A DNA stretch of 64,000 bases, taken from contig JAVZZP010000002.1 in the NCBI GenBank assembly GCA_038885615.1, positions 698 to 64,697 on the forward strand, in the 5' to 3' direction. Position numbers and translations under genes: made by a program. Source of the stretch: Candidatus Pacearchaeota archaeon. Lineage in GTDB: Archaea > Nanobdellota > Nanobdellia > Pacearchaeales > GW2011-AR1. Of this stretch, positions 48,168 to 58,347 are shown piece by piece. Numbering within the stretch: position 1 is the first letter of the stretch; each line of letters opens with the position of its first letter. The notes beneath the pieces were generated by a model. The model was not told where the DNA came from. It made no database searches and worked only from the letters and a program-made list of their open reading frames with translations.

Positions 48168-50354
48168 ATGGATTCAAAAGAATTGATCAGGGCCTATGAA
48201 AATAGGTTAAGTGAGGAGATTAATAATTTTAGTAATGAAGGATATAGTACAAGTTATAAAGAATTTCTGAAAAGTTATGAGGTGCCTTTGTCTTCTTATG
48301 AAAGATGGTGCAAGGCCTTAGGAAACATTGTTAAACTAAACCCCTCTAAAAAAGAAGAAGAAAAAATTCAAAAATTCATTCAACAAGCGCATTTAAATAT
48401 AACTCCTTCAGAAGCACTTTCTTTTTCTTTTATGTCTTTTTTTGTTATTTTCATCTTAGGGTTTTTTTTGGTTTTGGGTTATTGGTATCTTTTTACCAGT
48501 GGAAATTTTGACGATTTTCCTTTCGGGGTTTTTCTTCTTATTTTGTTTTGTTCTATATTTATTTTTTATTTTACTTATGGAATGCCTGAGAGATTGGCTT
48601 TTTTGTGGAGATTAAAGGCAAGCACTCAGATGGTGCCTGCTGTTCTATACACCGTTATATACATGAAGAATACTTCTAATTTTGAGAAAGCTATCGCTTT
48701 TGCTGCGCAACATTTGGATCCACCTCTTGCTTTGGATTTTAAAAAAATATTTTGGAATGTGGAAGTAGGAAAATATAAAAATGTCAAGGAGAGCGTTGAT
48801 GCCTATTTAGAAGAGACATGGAGAGGATATTCTTTAGAATTTATAGAGGCCTTTCAGCTAATTGAGTCTAGTTTGTATGAGCCAAATGAAGAAAGGAGAA
48901 TTTCTTTTTTGGAAAGGGCTTTGCAAGTTATTTTAGACGGAGTTTATGACAGAATGTTAAGATACACACATGAAGTAAAATCTCCTTTGACAAACATTTA
49001 TATGTTAGGGATTATTTTGCCTACACTTTCTTTGGCGATAATTCCTTTGGCTTCGGCGATGCTTCAGGGCTTTATTAAAGCAGCACATTTGTTTTTTTTG
49101 TTTAATGTTATTGTGCCTTTTGGGGTTTTTTATTTGACCTGGAATGTTATAAGCAAGAGACCTGGTGGTTATGGAAATAGCTCTTATTTAGAAAAAAATC
49201 CTTTGTACTATAAGTATATCGATAAATCTGCTTATGTCAAGGCTTTCTTTTTAGTTTTTCCTTTATTGTTAATAGGTTTTATTCCATTAATTTTTATGCA
49301 TACTCCTCTTTACGAGTGGATTGGTCTAGAAAGCAGAGAAATTCTCTTAGAGAAAATAGGATTAGGTTTTTTTGGAAAAAATACAGGAGTTTTTGGTTTT
49401 ATAAATACAAGCGAGGGTTTTAAAGGACCATTTAGTTTTATTTCAGTTATCTTTTCTTTGTTTATACCTCTTTCTATTGCATTGTTTTTTATTACTGCTT
49501 TTAAAATAAGAACAGAAGAACTTATCAGAGAAAGAAAGCGTTATAAAGAAGTTGAAGAGAGTTTTACTTCTTCTTTATTTCAATTAGGCAACAGGCTTGG
49601 AGATGGTATGCCTGCAGAAATTGCATTTGGTAAGGTTGCAGAAACCTCTAAAGGAAGTTCTTCAGAGGGATTTTTTTTAGCAGTAGAACAGAATATAACT
49701 TCTTTGGGGATGTCAGTTAGAGATGCAATATTTGATGAAAATCGTGGTGCGATTATATTTTACCCTTCTTCTTTGATTGCTATTTCTATGAAAATAATGG
49801 TTGAATCAGTAAGAAAAGGATTGCAGATTGCAGCTAGAAGTTTGTTGTCTATAGCAGAATATGTAAAGAATATGAAGAAAGTTACAGATAGGATGAAAGA
49901 TTTATTGGCAGATATTGTTTCAGATATGAAATCAAATATGACTTTTTTAGCTCCCTTGCTTTCAGGAATTATTATAGGGCTTTCTGTTATGATTACTTCA
50001 ATTTTGTTAATACTTAAAAATTTTACTTCAGTTGTTGGCGGTGAGGCAGGAAATATCGGGAGTTTTGGTGAGGGCGGTCTAGCCAGCATTATTAAGATGT
50101 TTAATGTTGAGGAAATGATTCCACCTTTTTGGTTGCAGATTATCATAGGAATTTATCTTATTCAAATAATATTTATTTTAACATCTACTTTAGTTGCTAT
50201 TAGTGAAGGAGAAGATGATTTGGAAAGAACTTATCAAACTGCAAAAAATCTTCAAACAGGAATTACTCTTTATTTTGTTATTGCTTTAATTTCAATTTTA
50301 ATCTTGTCCTTTGTTGGGGCAGTTGTTTTAAAAGGAGTTTTAAGTGAGGGATAG
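48168..50354 (+). CDS. Pilus membrane platform protein (TadB/TadC/ArlJ-like)
   Basis: Multi-TM protein directly after the ATPase with two T2SSF-like cytoplasmic blocks (FEKAIAFAA; QLGNRLGDGMPAEIAF). Confidence 0.8.
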   Translation: MDSKELIRAYENRLSEEINNFSNEGYSTSYKEFLKSYEVPLSSYERWCKALGNIVKLNPSKKEEEKIQKFIQQAHLNITPSEALSFSFMSFFVIFILGFFLVLGYWYLFTSGNFDDFPFGVFLLILFCSIFIFYFTYGMPERLAFLWRLKASTQMVPAVLYTVIYMKNTSNFEKAIAFAAQHLDPPLALDFKKIFWNVEVGKYKNVKESVDAYLEETWRGYSLEFIEAFQLIESSLYEPNEERRISFLERALQVILDGVYDRMLRYTHEVKSPLTNIYMLGIILPTLSLAIIPLASAMLQGFIKAAHLFFLFNVIVPFGVFYLTWNVISKRPGGYGNSSYLEKNPLYYKYIDKSAYVKAFFLVFPLLLIGFIPLIFMHTPLYEWIGLESREILLEKIGLGFFGKNTGVFGFINTSEGFKGPFSFISVIFSLFIPLSIALFFITAFKIRTEELIRERKRYKEVEESFTSSLFQLGNRLGDGMPAEIAFGKVAETSKGSSSEGFFLAVEQNITSLGMSVRDAIFDENRGAIIFYPSSLIAISMKIMVESVRKGLQIAARSLLSIAEYVKNMKKVTDRMKDLLADIVSDMKSNMTFLAPLLSGIIIGLSVMITSILLILKNFTSVVGGEAGNIGSFGEGGLASIIKMFNVEEMIPPFWLQIIIGIYLIQIIFILTSTLVAISEGEDDLERTYQTAKNLQTGITLYFVIALISILILSFVGAVVLKGVLSEG

Positions 50355-50390
50355 CAAAAACTATTTAAACTTTTTTTTTATTTTAACTTT

Positions 50391-50510
50391 ATGGATTATG
50401 GCATTCCAGAAAAGAGGAGAACAAAAAAGGATTTGAAGTTAAAGAGAAAATATAGAGTTTATAAAAAAGGCGGTCAATTCAGAGATCAAAATATAAATAA
50501 TGGAAGCTGA
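50391..50510 (+). CDS. Small basic peptide (39 aa), missed by the ORF track
   Basis: MDYGIPEKRRTKKDLKLKRKYRVYKKGGQFRDQNINNGS; own TATA (CTATTTAAAC, 50361); overlaps the peptidase start. Confidence 0.5.
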   Translation: MDYGIPEKRRTKKDLKLKRKYRVYKKGGQFRDQNINNGS

Positions 50511-51315
50511 AATTTTTTTCTTTATTTTAGTTTTGCTCTTCATTGCTTCTTTGCAGGATTTTAAAAGAAGAGAGATTGATGTTTGGTTGAACTTATTTAT
50601 TTTCTTTTGTGGTCTTTCTTTTGTTATCTTCAAATCATTTTTTTACAATGAAGTTGCATATTTAGTCAATTTTTCTTTTTTGTTAGTTTTTGTTTTTATT
50701 TTAGCTCATTTAATTTATTTTGGAAAAGTTTTTGCTGGCGGAGATTGTTCTTTGCTTTTTTGTCTTTCTCCTTTTTTCGTATCAATAGACTTTTTTAGTA
50801 GTTTTAAGAATTTCTTATTTTTTTTTGTAGTACTTTTTGCTTTGGGTTCTTTTTATGGTTTTTTTTGGAGTTTTTCTCTTTTTGTTAAGAATTTTGCATT
50901 TGTAAGAAAAAAATTGTTTTCTGGTAGGGTTTTAATCTCCTCGGCTTTTATTTTTCTTTTTTTATTTTTGTCCTTCTTTTTTAAAGAGTTTATTTTTATT
51001 TTTTTTATCGGATTTTTTTTATTTTTTAGTTATTTATTTTTAAAGTTGGAAAAAGAGCTTTTTATCAAGGAAGTTTTAACGAAGGATTTAAGAGAAGGAG
51101 ATTGGCTTGAAAAAGATTTGAGGGTCAATGGAAAAATTATTAAAAGCACATTTGATGGTCTTTCAAAAAAAGATATTTACTTTTTAAGAAATAACTTAAG
51201 AAAGGTTAAGATAAAAGACGGAATTCCCTATGGTTTTGCTTTTTTTCTTGCCTGGATAGCCTATTACTTTTTAGATTTTATTATGGAATTCTTGGTTTCA
51301 AAATTGGTAATCTAG
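50500..51315 (+). CDS. A24 family prepilin peptidase (PibD/ArlK-like)
   Basis: ASLQDFKRREI and FAGGD catalytic Asp motifs, LREGD domain and C-terminal GIPYGFAF. Confidence 0.88.
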   Translation: MEAEIFFFILVLLFIASLQDFKRREIDVWLNLFIFFCGLSFVIFKSFFYNEVAYLVNFSFLLVFVFILAHLIYFGKVFAGGDCSLLFCLSPFFVSIDFFSSFKNFLFFFVVLFALGSFYGFFWSFSLFVKNFAFVRKKLFSGRVLISSAFIFLFLFLSFFFKEFIFIFFIGFFLFFSYLFLKLEKELFIKEVLTKDLREGDWLEKDLRVNGKIIKSTFDGLSKKDIYFLRNNLRKVKIKDGIPYGFAFFLAWIAYYFLDFIMEFLVSKLVI

Positions 51316-51892
51316 ATTTTTCAGAAGTTTTTTTTTGAGGATTTTTATTCTTTTGTTTTTTTTCAATTTTAAGCTCTTCTTGAATTTTTTTAAGCTCTTC
51401 TTCAGAAGCCCTTTTTCTTTCTTTTTCATTTCCATAAATTGGTATGACTTCTATTAGAGAATGCCCCATTAATTTTGTGGGATTGATTTTTATTTCTTTT
51501 GGTTTGTATTTCTTTTTTATTTTTGAGAAAATTTTCTTTGCTATTGAAAATGTAGTTTGTGGTATTTTTTCTATTTCTAGGTGTTTTTTAGGAATAACTA
51601 ATGAATGTCCTTCACTTAAAGGATTTATTTCAAGAACGGCAATGTTTTCTTTATCTTCATATAATATAAAAGAGGGGATTTTTTTGTTTGTTATATTACA
51701 AAAAATACAATGGGAAGATTCTTGCGTTTGTTGTTCATTATACATTTCGTTTTGTTTTAGAAAAACTTCAAGCTCTTGCTTGTTCATTGAAAGAATTTTT
51801 TCTTTTATAAAATCTCTTTTGTCCTCTGGGAAATTTTTCAACTGAGACAGAAGTTGCTCTTTTATTTGTTTTTCTTGTTCGTCTGTTAGCAT
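51281..51892 (-). CDS. HIT-like protein with degenerate histidine triad
   Basis: CIFCNI and INPLSEGHSLVIPKKH, but the triad region reads GHSLIEVIP; extra N-terminal helical domain. Confidence 0.8.
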   Translation of the reverse strand: MLTDEQEKQIKEQLLSQLKNFPEDKRDFIKEKILSMNKQELEVFLKQNEMYNEQQTQESSHCIFCNITNKKIPSFILYEDKENIAVLEINPLSEGHSLVIPKKHLEIEKIPQTTFSIAKKIFSKIKKKYKPKEIKINPTKLMGHSLIEVIPIYGNEKERKRASEEELKKIQEELKIEKKQKNKNPQKKTSEKSRLPILKPRIP

Positions 51893-51934
51893 AAAATAAA
51901 TAGGGCATTTGTGGTTTTAAACTTATTGTTAGTT

Positions 51935-52207
51935 CTATTCTAACGCCCTTCTATAATCAACAACATCAACAGAAGAAATTCCTTTTATATTCCTTAGAGA
52001 ATCTTCCAAAGGAGAGGATTCTTCATTTTCATCAAGCATAATTACACTATTAAGAGATTTTAATCCAAAAGCAATTGGTTGTTCGCTTATTGAAAGAAGC
52101 TTCCCCTTATTTTTTTCTGCTGTTTCTTTTATTTTTTCTTTTAACTCTTCGAGGTTGGAACTAGGGCTCTCGGGCATTATTTTATAGGTTATTAACACTT
52201 TTCCCAT
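51935..52207 (-). CDS. ef1b: Translation elongation factor aEF-1beta
   Basis: KIMPES and QPIAFGLKSL. Start moved to ATG 52207. Confidence 0.92.
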   Translation of the reverse strand: MGKVLITYKIMPESPSSNLEELKEKIKETAEKNKGKLLSISEQPIAFGLKSLNSVIMLDENEESSPLEDSLRNIKGISSVDVVDYRRALE

Positions 52208-52208
52208 T

Positions 52209-52358
52209 TTAAGGACCTTTAAAACCACATTTTTTACATTTGTATTCTATTGAAAGGCCGCGACATCTCATACACCGGACTATTTTGTTATCGCATTTCG
52301 GGCACTCAAAAATAACTACTTCTGTTCCTTCATAATTACATGAGTCGCATTTTACCAT
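52209..52358 (-). CDS. Small Zn-ribbon protein (DUF1610/COG2888), missed by the ORF track
   Basis: MVKCDSC...FECPKC...RCMRCR...YKCKKCGFKGP with four CxxC, in its usual position upstream of aEF-1beta. Confidence 0.88.
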   Translation of the reverse strand: MVKCDSCNYEGTEVVIFECPKCDNKIVRCMRCRGLSIEYKCKKCGFKGP

Positions 52359-52434
52359 AAAGAAATTTTTTTAAGATAGTTTATAAATGTTATTGTTCAA
52401 CAATATTTAAAAACTCTTCTTTTTTAGGAGTGAT

Positions 52435-53361
52435 ATGCAAAATTATAATCTTCTTTTAAAAAGAATTTCTTCCCAAACAGGGATTTCTGAAGAAGAGATA
52501 GAGAAAAAAATTGAGATGAAAATAGCTAAACTTTCTGGCTTAATTTCTAAGGAAGGCGCGGCCCAGATTGTTGCTAGTGAGTTGGGGGTTAATTTTGAAA
52601 ATATTGACTTAAAAATAGCTGAACTAATGCCCGGAATGAAGAAAGTAAATTTGCTTGTCAAAGTAGTAAAGATTTTTCCAGTAAGGGTTTTTAATAAGAA
52701 TGGGAGAGAAGGAAAAGTTGCTAATCTCATAGTTGCGGATGATAGTGGTTCCGGGAGAGTTGTTTTATGGGATGCAAACCATATAAAGCTAGTAGAAGAC
52801 GGAGAAATAAAAGAAGAAGATACAATTGAAATAAAAAATGCCTCCATAAGAGATTCTGAAATTCATTTAGCTTCTTTTTCAAACATAAAAAAAAGTTCTT
52901 TGTTAATCAATGAAGTAAAGATAAACATGGCCCCCATAGAAAAAAAGATTTTAGAATTAAAGCAAGGAGATAATGTTAAATTAAGAGGAACCGCGGTCCA
53001 AATTTTCCCCCCTAGATTCTTTTTTGTTTGTCCAGAATGTAAAAGAAAAGTTGTAAAAACAGAAGAAGGTTTTTTTTGTGACAAGCACGGAAAAATTAAT
53101 CCAACAGAAAGATCCTTGATTAGCTTTGTTTTAGACGACGGAACAGATAATATAAGGGTTATTTTGTTTTCTGAAAACTTATCAAAGATAGCGGATGAGG
53201 AAGAATTAAAAAATGAAGAAGGATTTAACAGGTTTAAAGAAAACTTTTTAGGGGAGGAACTAGAGATTTCTGGTTTTGTTAAAAAAAATATCTTGAGTGG
53301 CAGTTTAGAGGTCAGTTCAAATACTATAGGTTTTTTAGATTTAGACAAAATTTTATCTTAG
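52435..53361 (+). CDS. rpa: Replication protein A (OB folds plus Zn finger)
   Basis: GLISKEGAAQIVA N-domain, OB fold (VADDSGSGRVVLWD), CPEC...CDKH and LDDGT. Confidence 0.85.
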   Translation: MQNYNLLLKRISSQTGISEEEIEKKIEMKIAKLSGLISKEGAAQIVASELGVNFENIDLKIAELMPGMKKVNLLVKVVKIFPVRVFNKNGREGKVANLIVADDSGSGRVVLWDANHIKLVEDGEIKEEDTIEIKNASIRDSEIHLASFSNIKKSSLLINEVKINMAPIEKKILELKQGDNVKLRGTAVQIFPPRFFFVCPECKRKVVKTEEGFFCDKHGKINPTERSLISFVLDDGTDNIRVILFSENLSKIADEEELKNEEGFNRFKENFLGEELEISGFVKKNILSGSLEVSSNTIGFLDLDKILS

Positions 53362-54326
53362 TTTTTTTTGTGGGTAATTATGCTTATGGTTGAATAAAGA
53401 ATTAAAGGCCCAATTAATATTCCAAAAATTCCAAATAATTTTATACCTCCAAGAACCCCCAAAAACATTATAATCGGGTTTATTTTTGATTTTTTTGAAG
53501 CTATCGCATTTCTTAAAAAACTATCTATAGGGTACGATATTATTATTCCGTAGATTAAAATTAGAAAAGAGAAAAGATAGTTCCCTAATAACAAATTATA
53601 AACAAATGAAGGAAGCCAAACTACTGCAGGGCCCAAGATAGGAACAAAAGCAAGAAAGAAAATAATTACGGAGAGAGATAAGGAATATTTAAAACCCAAT
53701 AAACTGAAAAAAATGAAGGAAAAGACGCTTTCTATTACTGCAATTATTAGTGATGTTTTTGTTATAGAATCAAAAATTTCTTTAGTTTTATAAAAAATTT
53801 CTTCTTTGTTCTCGAAGGGAAGAATCTCATAGAATTCTTTTTCAATTTTTTCCCAATATACAAGAATAAAATAGCTAAATAAAAAGATGAGTATTATATT
53901 GATGAACTCTTTAATCAGAGCAAATAAGATTTTAGATAAAAAAACTATAGCTTGTTCGGCATAATTTTCTATTGTTGACGTAATATCTAGAGAAATATTA
54001 TATGATTTTGCTTTCCAATTAATTTTTTCAAATATTTCTTCTAGAGTTTTTTCTTCAATTAAGTTGTTTATTTGAGAATAAACTGTTTGTCCAATAAAAA
54101 AAATGACTATAGAAAGAATTGCGGCGGATAATAAAATGCAAATTAGTGAACTAACATTAGGGTTAATTTTTCCAGAGAGTTTTTTATGCAGGGGCAATAA
54201 GATGTAAGCCAATACAAAAGATGAGAGGGTTGCTGCTATAAAATCTTTTATAATAAGATAACTATAAAATAAAAGGATAAGGGAGAATCCTAAAAATAAA
54301 ATCTTATTTAGCTCTTTTTTTTCCAT
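53358..54326 (-). CDS. AI-2E family transporter
   Basis: LAYILLP, FVPILGPAVVWLP and GGIKLFGIFGILIGP. Confidence 0.9.
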   Translation of the reverse strand: MEKKELNKILFLGFSLILLFYSYLIIKDFIAATLSSFVLAYILLPLHKKLSGKINPNVSSLICILLSAAILSIVIFFIGQTVYSQINNLIEEKTLEEIFEKINWKAKSYNISLDITSTIENYAEQAIVFLSKILFALIKEFINIILIFLFSYFILVYWEKIEKEFYEILPFENKEEIFYKTKEIFDSITKTSLIIAVIESVFSFIFFSLLGFKYSLSLSVIIFFLAFVPILGPAVVWLPSFVYNLLLGNYLFSFLILIYGIIISYPIDSFLRNAIASKKSKINPIIMFLGVLGGIKLFGIFGILIGPLILYSTISIITHKKN

Positions 54327-54377
54327 TATTTTTTTAATTTGTCAAAGTTTTTAAAGTTTGTTTATTTTTCTAGTGAT

Positions 54378-54833
54378 ATGTTGTTTAGAACACATTTTGT
54401 ATTTTCACTTTTTATTTTTTTGATTAGTTTTAGAAATTTCGACAATTTATTTTTGTTTTCTTTATTTTTTCTTTTTGCAGTTCTTTTTGTTGATGTTGAT
54501 TCAAAAGATAGCAAAATGGGAAAAATTTTATTTTTTAGACCTCTTCAACTTTTTTTAAAACACAGGGGTGTTTTTCATAGTTTGTTTTTTTGTTTTGTTT
54601 TATATTTCTTATTTTATTTTTTAGTCGGGGAGAGTGCTGCTTTTGGTTTTTTTCTAGGTTTTTCAAGCCATCTCATTTTAGATTGTTTAACACTGCAAGG
54701 GGTTATGCTTTTTTGGCCAATTTCTAAAAAACGGATTAAGGGGTTTTTTAAAACAGGCGGAATTTCCGAACAGATTTTGTTTTCTTTTTTTCTTTTGTTT
54801 GATATTTATCTCGTCGGCAAAATCTTTTTTTAA
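54378..54833 (+). CDS. YdjM-like membrane metal-dependent hydrolase
   Basis: RTH, DVD, HRGVFHS and SHLILDCLT..GV..FWP. Confidence 0.85.
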   Translation: MLFRTHFVFSLFIFLISFRNFDNLFLFSLFFLFAVLFVDVDSKDSKMGKILFFRPLQLFLKHRGVFHSLFFCFVLYFLFYFLVGESAAFGFFLGFSSHLILDCLTLQGVMLFWPISKKRIKGFFKTGGISEQILFSFFLLFDIYLVGKIFF

Positions 54834-54886
54834 CCTCTATTTTAAAGAATATAAAAGTTTATAAAATACTCCAAGGTGTTCTTTTT

Positions 54887-55924
54887 ATGGCAGAAGATCT
54901 TGAAAAAATAAAAGAAGCTCTTTCTGATGAAGAAAAATCGAAGAAAAAAAAGAAAAAAGAGGAAGATGAGCCAAAATTAACTGATGTTCCAGGGATCGGT
55001 CCAGGAACTGTTGCTAAGCTTGAAGCAGCTGGAATTTATGACTTAATGGGGCTGGCTGTTTTGGGGCCGTCTGAGTTGGCAGAGCTTGCTGGTTTGGGGG
55101 AAGCGAGTGCAAGAAAAGCAATTCAGGCAGCAAGAAAAATGATGAATTTGGGTTTTTCAGATGGCCTTGAATTTTCTGAAAAAAGAAAAGAGATTTTTTA
55201 TATTACTACTGGAAGTAAAAACCTAGATAACCTTCTGGGTGGAAGAGGAATTGAAACAAAAGCAATAACAGAGGCATACGGAGCATTTGGCAGTGGGAAG
55301 ACACAACTTGGTTTGTCTCTTGCTGTCAATGTTCAATTGCCTGTTGAAAAAGGAGGAGCAAATGGAAAGGCAGTTTTTATAGACACTGAGGGAACATTTA
55401 GACCTGAAAGAATAAAACAACTAGCAGAAAGGTATGGAGCAAATCCTGATAAAGTTTTAAAAAATATTTTGGTTGCAAGAGCTTTTAATTCAGATCATCA
55501 GATTTTGTTGCTTGATAAGGTTAATGAATTAATAAAAGATGGCGAGCCAATAAGATTGATTATTGTTGATTCTTTGACAGCGCATTTCAGGGCAGAGTTT
55601 TCTGGGAGAGGGCAATTAGCAGATAGGCAACAAAGATTAAATAAATATTTGCATCAACTTTTAAAATTAGCTGAGCAACATAATTTGGCCGTTTATGTTA
55701 CAAATCAGGTTATGGCAGATCCTGCGCAAATGTTTGGGGATCCGACAAAAGCAGTAGGAGGAAATATTGTTGCACACGCTTCAACTTATAGAATTTATTT
55801 AAGAAGAGGGAAAAAAGATACAAGAGTTGCTAAATTAATAGATTCTCCTAATTTGCCTGATAACGAGACTGTTTTTGCAGTTGATACACAAGGTTTGAAA
55901 GATGTTGAAGGCGTTGGGGAATAG
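54887..55924 (+). CDS. radA: DNA repair and recombination protein RadA
   Basis: HhH N-domain (VPGIGP), GAFGSGKTQ, IDTEGTFRPER, RGQLADRQ and LIDSPNLP. Confidence 0.97.
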   Translation: MAEDLEKIKEALSDEEKSKKKKKKEEDEPKLTDVPGIGPGTVAKLEAAGIYDLMGLAVLGPSELAELAGLGEASARKAIQAARKMMNLGFSDGLEFSEKRKEIFYITTGSKNLDNLLGGRGIETKAITEAYGAFGSGKTQLGLSLAVNVQLPVEKGGANGKAVFIDTEGTFRPERIKQLAERYGANPDKVLKNILVARAFNSDHQILLLDKVNELIKDGEPIRLIIVDSLTAHFRAEFSGRGQLADRQQRLNKYLHQLLKLAEQHNLAVYVTNQVMADPAQMFGDPTKAVGGNIVAHASTYRIYLRRGKKDTRVAKLIDSPNLPDNETVFAVDTQGLKDVEGVGE

Positions 55925-56246
55925 TTTTGTCAAGGAGCATACTTATAGGTGATAAATTTTGTGCAACATATAACTTCTAAAAGAGCTAATGGTTAACTTT
56001 TAATGATTTTTTATTTTTAAAAACTGGTTTTTTGATTTCAATATTATTTATTAAGTGTTGTTTTTTGTTTTATATACCCTTGTTAATGTTTGCTGATATC
56101 TTATATTTTTGGCATATAATTTGGCTTTAAAAATGAGCGGAAGGAAAGCTTTCTTCTGCAGAAAAGCCAATTTTTTGATAAGCTTATTAGTTTTTTAGGG
56201 CGGAAAAGCTTATAACTTTTTTTATTAAGAATAAGGAGGTTAGTTA

Positions 56247-56674
56247 ATGGAAGTAAAAGCAGGCATTCCTTTAGGAGTAAGAATTCTTGCAGTATTTCTT
56301 TATTGTTTTTCTCCACTCTTCTTATTAATAAGTTTTTTCTTTTTTTTTGTTTCTAATATAATTAAAAATTTTTTATTAGAAAGCAATATTTCTTCCTCTA
56401 AAAAATTTTATTTTTTTACGGCCAACATTTCTATTTTCGCAGTAATATTTTTTTTTCTTAGCACTATCTTACTTTTTTTTGGCCAAAGGATTATTTAAAG
56501 GCTGGCCTTTAGCGAGGCTACTTTCTATACTGTTGTTTCTAGGTAATTTTTTTGTTTCAATTTTTTTATTTTTCGTGGAATTTTTTAGAATTTTTTGTTT
56601 TTATTCTTATTATAAATCTCTCTTTTTTAATTTATTTTTTATTTAGCAAAAAAGTGAAAGAATTTTTTCAATAA
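56247..56674 (+). pseudogene. Frameshifted small membrane protein
   Basis: MEVKAGIPLGVRILAV... After the T-run at about 56473-56480 the frame continues KGLFKGWPLAR, and a further shift gives FSKKVKEFFQ*. Confidence 0.45.
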
Positions 56675-56717
56675 CTTTTTTCAAAACTCTTTTAAAACCC
56701 TCTTTCTTTAATTTTTT

Positions 56718-58310
56718 ATGGATTTGAACACTTTGTGGTTTATTTTAGTTGGGGTCGTTCTTTTTATTTTTGGAATTGAGAATTTTAGCAGCGAGATTCA
56801 GCGAGGGGCTGGAAGCTGGCTCAATAATATTTTAAAAAAGGCAACAAAGAATCGTTGGTATGGTGCTTTTTTTGGTTTTTTGACAACTGCCTTAGTTAAT
56901 TCCAGCACTGCCACAACCTTGATTGCCGTTGGTTTGGTAAATGCTGGGTTGATTTCTTTTGCCCAATCTTTGCCTTTAATTTTTGGGGCAAATATTGGTT
57001 CTACAATAACGGCGCAATTAATTGCTTTCAAAATAACAAGGTATGCTTTTATTTTTTTGATTTTTGGTTTTGTTTTAAGCTTTTTTAGAAAAACAAAATT
57101 TGTAGGCAAATCTCTTTTTTATTTTGGTTTGGTCTTTTTTGCTTTTAATTTAATTTCCGAAGCAGTCGCCCCATTTTCAAAAGATCCTGAAGTTATAAAA
57201 ATTTTTTATTCTTATAATAATTTTTATTTGTTAATCTTAATTGGCTTTTTGTTTACTGCAATTGTTAATTCTAGTGCTCTAACTTTAGGAACAATTATTG
57301 TTTTAGCTTTCAATGGTTTTTTTGGTTTAAATGAGGCCTTTCCTTTAATTTTAGGGGCTAATCTTGGAACAACACTAACATCTTTTGTTGCTTCTTTCAG
57401 AATGGATTTGCATGCAAAAAGAGTTGCTTTTTCGCATATTCTTTTTAATGTTTTAGGAGTTTTTTTAATAATTCCATTTTCCATGCCTTTTTTGAAGTTT
57501 ATCGTTTTTTTAGGAGGAGATATAGGCAGGCAAGTTGCAAATGCGCATCTTTTTTTTAATCTTTTTGTAGCATTATTTTTTCTTTTTCTTTTGAATCCTT
57601 TTAAAAGAATTATTGAAGTTTTAGTAAGGGGAAACGAAGAAGAAATTGTTCTAACTCCAAAGTATTTAACCGGAGAAAAAATTCCCGAGAAGAAAAGCGA
57701 GGTTTTTTCTTTAGTGGAAAAAGAACTTAAATATGCTATGGAAATAAATGAGAAAATATTGATTTATTCTAAAGAATATCTGACCAAAGGAGAAGAAAAA
57801 ACTTTAAGAAAATTAGAAAAACTTTGCAGACTTTCTAATGTTGTTACCTCAAAAATAGGTGAGACTTTGTTTAAGTTTTCTGTTAGAAAATTAACAGATG
57901 AGGAGGCAAAGAAAGTTTTGTATTTGATAAGGTTAGTTAATGCGAGCGAGCAGTTGGGAGATTTAGCAGGCGATTTGGCTTTTCTTCCAGAAAAATTAAG
58001 AGAGAAAAACTTGCCCCAAAGAGCAGATATAAAAAAGATAAGTTTGCTTTTTGATTTATCAATTGATTTATTAAAAAAAATAAATTCCGGCTTCCCAAGA
58101 GGTTTAGATAAAAAAGAGTTTAATCGTCTTCATAGCGATAAGATTGTTAAACTATTAGATAAGCAATATTCTTCTAATATTGATGAGTTGAAAAAAGAAG
58201 ATTATTCTGAGGGAAGCTTTTTTGTTGAGGCCTCTTCAATTCTCGAAGAAATTCTTTTTAAGATAAGAGAGATAACTCTTTTGTGTAATGATTTATCAAA
58301 GTTAGAGTAA
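56718..58310 (+). CDS. Na+/phosphate cotransporter (NptA-like) with PhoU-like C-terminus
   Basis: Twin repeats NSSTAT...GANIGST and NSSALT...GANLGTT, ANAH and EQLGDLA. Confidence 0.92.
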   Translation: MDLNTLWFILVGVVLFIFGIENFSSEIQRGAGSWLNNILKKATKNRWYGAFFGFLTTALVNSSTATTLIAVGLVNAGLISFAQSLPLIFGANIGSTITAQLIAFKITRYAFIFLIFGFVLSFFRKTKFVGKSLFYFGLVFFAFNLISEAVAPFSKDPEVIKIFYSYNNFYLLILIGFLFTAIVNSSALTLGTIIVLAFNGFFGLNEAFPLILGANLGTTLTSFVASFRMDLHAKRVAFSHILFNVLGVFLIIPFSMPFLKFIVFLGGDIGRQVANAHLFFNLFVALFFLFLLNPFKRIIEVLVRGNEEEIVLTPKYLTGEKIPEKKSEVFSLVEKELKYAMEINEKILIYSKEYLTKGEEKTLRKLEKLCRLSNVVTSKIGETLFKFSVRKLTDEEAKKVLYLIRLVNASEQLGDLAGDLAFLPEKLREKNLPQRADIKKISLLFDLSIDLLKKINSGFPRGLDKKEFNRLHSDKIVKLLDKQYSSNIDELKKEDYSEGSFFVEASSILEEILFKIREITLLCNDLSKLE

Positions 58311-58347
58311 GCTTTTAATACTTACATTATTTAATTAATATTGAAAG

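Noticed and set aside
55925..56246. AT-rich gap after radA as a possible replication origin or ncRNA
   Set aside because: No ORB-like repeats, no adjacent cdc6/orc1 and no convincing stems.
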